Shown here: piece after piece, positions 62,789-64,000 of the stretch | How the letters are laid out: every line of letters begins with the position of its first letter | Numbering within the stretch: the first letter of the stretch is position 1 | Assembly: GCA_010356995.1 (NCBI GenBank) | Contig: ML996704.1 | Span: 496,001-560,000 of the forward strand | Direction of reading: 5' to 3' | From: Trichodelitschia bisporula | Taxonomy: Eukaryota | DNA length: 64,000 nucleotides | The notes under the pieces: generated by a model | What the model was told of the DNA's origin: nothing | Database searches by the model: none | Seen by the model: the letters and a program-made list of their open reading frames with translations, nothing else | Made by a program: the position numbers and the translations under genes

Positions 62789-64000
62789 CTAAAACTTCTT
62801 TTGCAAGACCTTCTTCAGGATTCCACTCTCATACTCCCATGCTTCAACCTTCGACTGACTGGTCATGACCTTCCCCAAGAGCCACCTCACCCGTCCTGCC
62901 ACCTCCCCAGGCTGTCTCGGCAAGCCTCCCAGGGTCTTGAGTTCTGCTTCATACTTTTCGATGTTGCCATTCTCCGCTTTGATAAGTTGAGTCAAGATGG
63001 CCAGATCTAATCTCGCGCGGAGCACGTCGTCGGAAACCAAGCGCCGGAAAGCTGGAAGGTAGACCGGCTTGCCAGGCTTGATAGACGCCGGCCGGCCGTT
63101 AGGAGCCACAACGATGGAGATCAGTTCCGCCTGTTCCAGTGCCTGTAGGACAGCATCGCCGTCGGCTTTGAAGGTGTCATCAAGCAAAATCTCGTTGTAT
63201 CGCAGGCTCGCTTCCTGCTGTCCCAGCTTCTGGCCGTCCATAGGCTCACCCGCAGCCGCTAGCTTTTTGATCAGCAGCCATGCCTGCTCGGTTGACCACT
63301 TGCGCTCCCCGCTCACGGTCACATCATGCCCAAAGAGGTACACCTTCAAGATCTCGCTTGCAGACTGCTCGACAATCTCTCTAACAGCCTTTTTGGGGGT
63401 TTCTCCGGACTTGATCCGCCTGGCCAAGAACTCCAAGTCCGTCAGTCGTCCGCCTAGGGCATCGATGCATTCATCCAATTCTTGCAGGTCCCTTCTTTTC
63501 TGGGATGGGGAGATTTTTTTCTCTTGGTGCTCAGTGTCTCCGGGCTGAGCGGTACTCTCGCTGTCGATATGGGAGATCACAAATCGTTTCGCCGCGGAAG
63601 GCGAGCAGTCAGACAGTGAGATTTGACGGAATACCCGGCCTGGAAGTGCCTTGGAGAGGGATTTGGAGTACGCAACATCGTTGGTGAGAAAGATAACATG
63701 GGCAACATTGGCCGTCGTCAGATTCGCTGCCCTACAAAGCACGTTAGTAATGAACTGTGAGGCAAGAAGGCCAGCAGCAAACCATTCAGCAATTTTATCA
63801 TATACTTCGGGCTTCTCCTGGCTCTTATGCAGGAAGTTATCGATCACAACGACTGGGCGTCTCTCTGGGTACGCTTCGAGGTACTCGTCGTCGGTCATGT
63901 TTTTGTCCTTGTCATTGCCGTCTTTGTCTTGCAGTGCGATCTGCGACAGCGCGGTAGCTGTGTTGTTCAGAATTTTCCTCAACTGTGTTTCCAACGTCTC
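62789..64000 (-). CDS. YME2: Mitochondrial escape protein 2 (YME2/RNA12), 3' part only; intron 63782-63732
   Basis: RPVVVIDNFLHK, AHVIFLT.D...SKSLSKALP, LSDCSP, LGGRLTDLEFLARRIKSGE and IKPGKPVY. The gene runs off the window end. Confidence 0.9.
   Translation of the reverse strand, partial: ETLETQLRKILNNTATALSQIALQDKDGNDKDKNMTDDEYLEAYPERRPVVVIDNFLHKSQEKPEVYDKIAEWFAAGLLASQFITNVLCRAANLTTANVAHVIFLTNDVAYSKSLSKALPGRVFRQISLSDCSPSAAKRFVISHIDSESTAQPGDTEHQEKKISPSQKRRDLQELDECIDALGGRLTDLEFLARRIKSGETPKKAVREIVEQSASEILKVYLFGHDVTVSGERKWSTEQAWLLIKKLAAAGEPMDGQKLGQQEASLRYNEILLDDTFKADGDAVLQALEQAELISIVVAPNGRPASIKPGKPVYLPAFRRLVSDDVLRARLDLAILTQLIKAENGNIEKYEAELKTLGGLPRQPGEVAGRVRWLLGKVMTSQSKVEAWEYESGILKKVLQKKF

Overview
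Gene-dense eukaryotic DNA from a filamentous ascomycete (Pezizomycotina-type ~45-60 nt GT..CTRAY..YAG introns). Spliced genes reconstructed by hand: DHR1/ECM16 DEAH helicase, PAC3-like proteasome chaperone, FES1, actin, an MMU163-like mitochondrial protein, EDE1, an intronless MetE C-terminal-domain (YxjH/MesD-like) enzyme, SSL1, UTR4, KSP1 kinase, CHS7, PMT2, an MFS sugar porter, a divergent USP protease, TRM9, a small secreted protein, a WW-domain protein and the 3' part of YME2. I found no tRNA, rRNA, transposon or CRISPR array. Three signals stand out. (1) The methionine-salvage gene UTR4 has two short 5' exons, missed by the ORF track, separated by giant hairpin-dense introns of 1353 and 854 nt with cryptic internal splice sites, a candidate RNA-structure or splicing control system. 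(2) The MFS transporter has a >140-codon in-frame N-terminal extension inside ~930 nt with no ATG in any frame, a candidate for non-AUG initiation. (3) SSL1 has a structured 275-nt intron. Coordinates were read by eye and may be off by a few bases.
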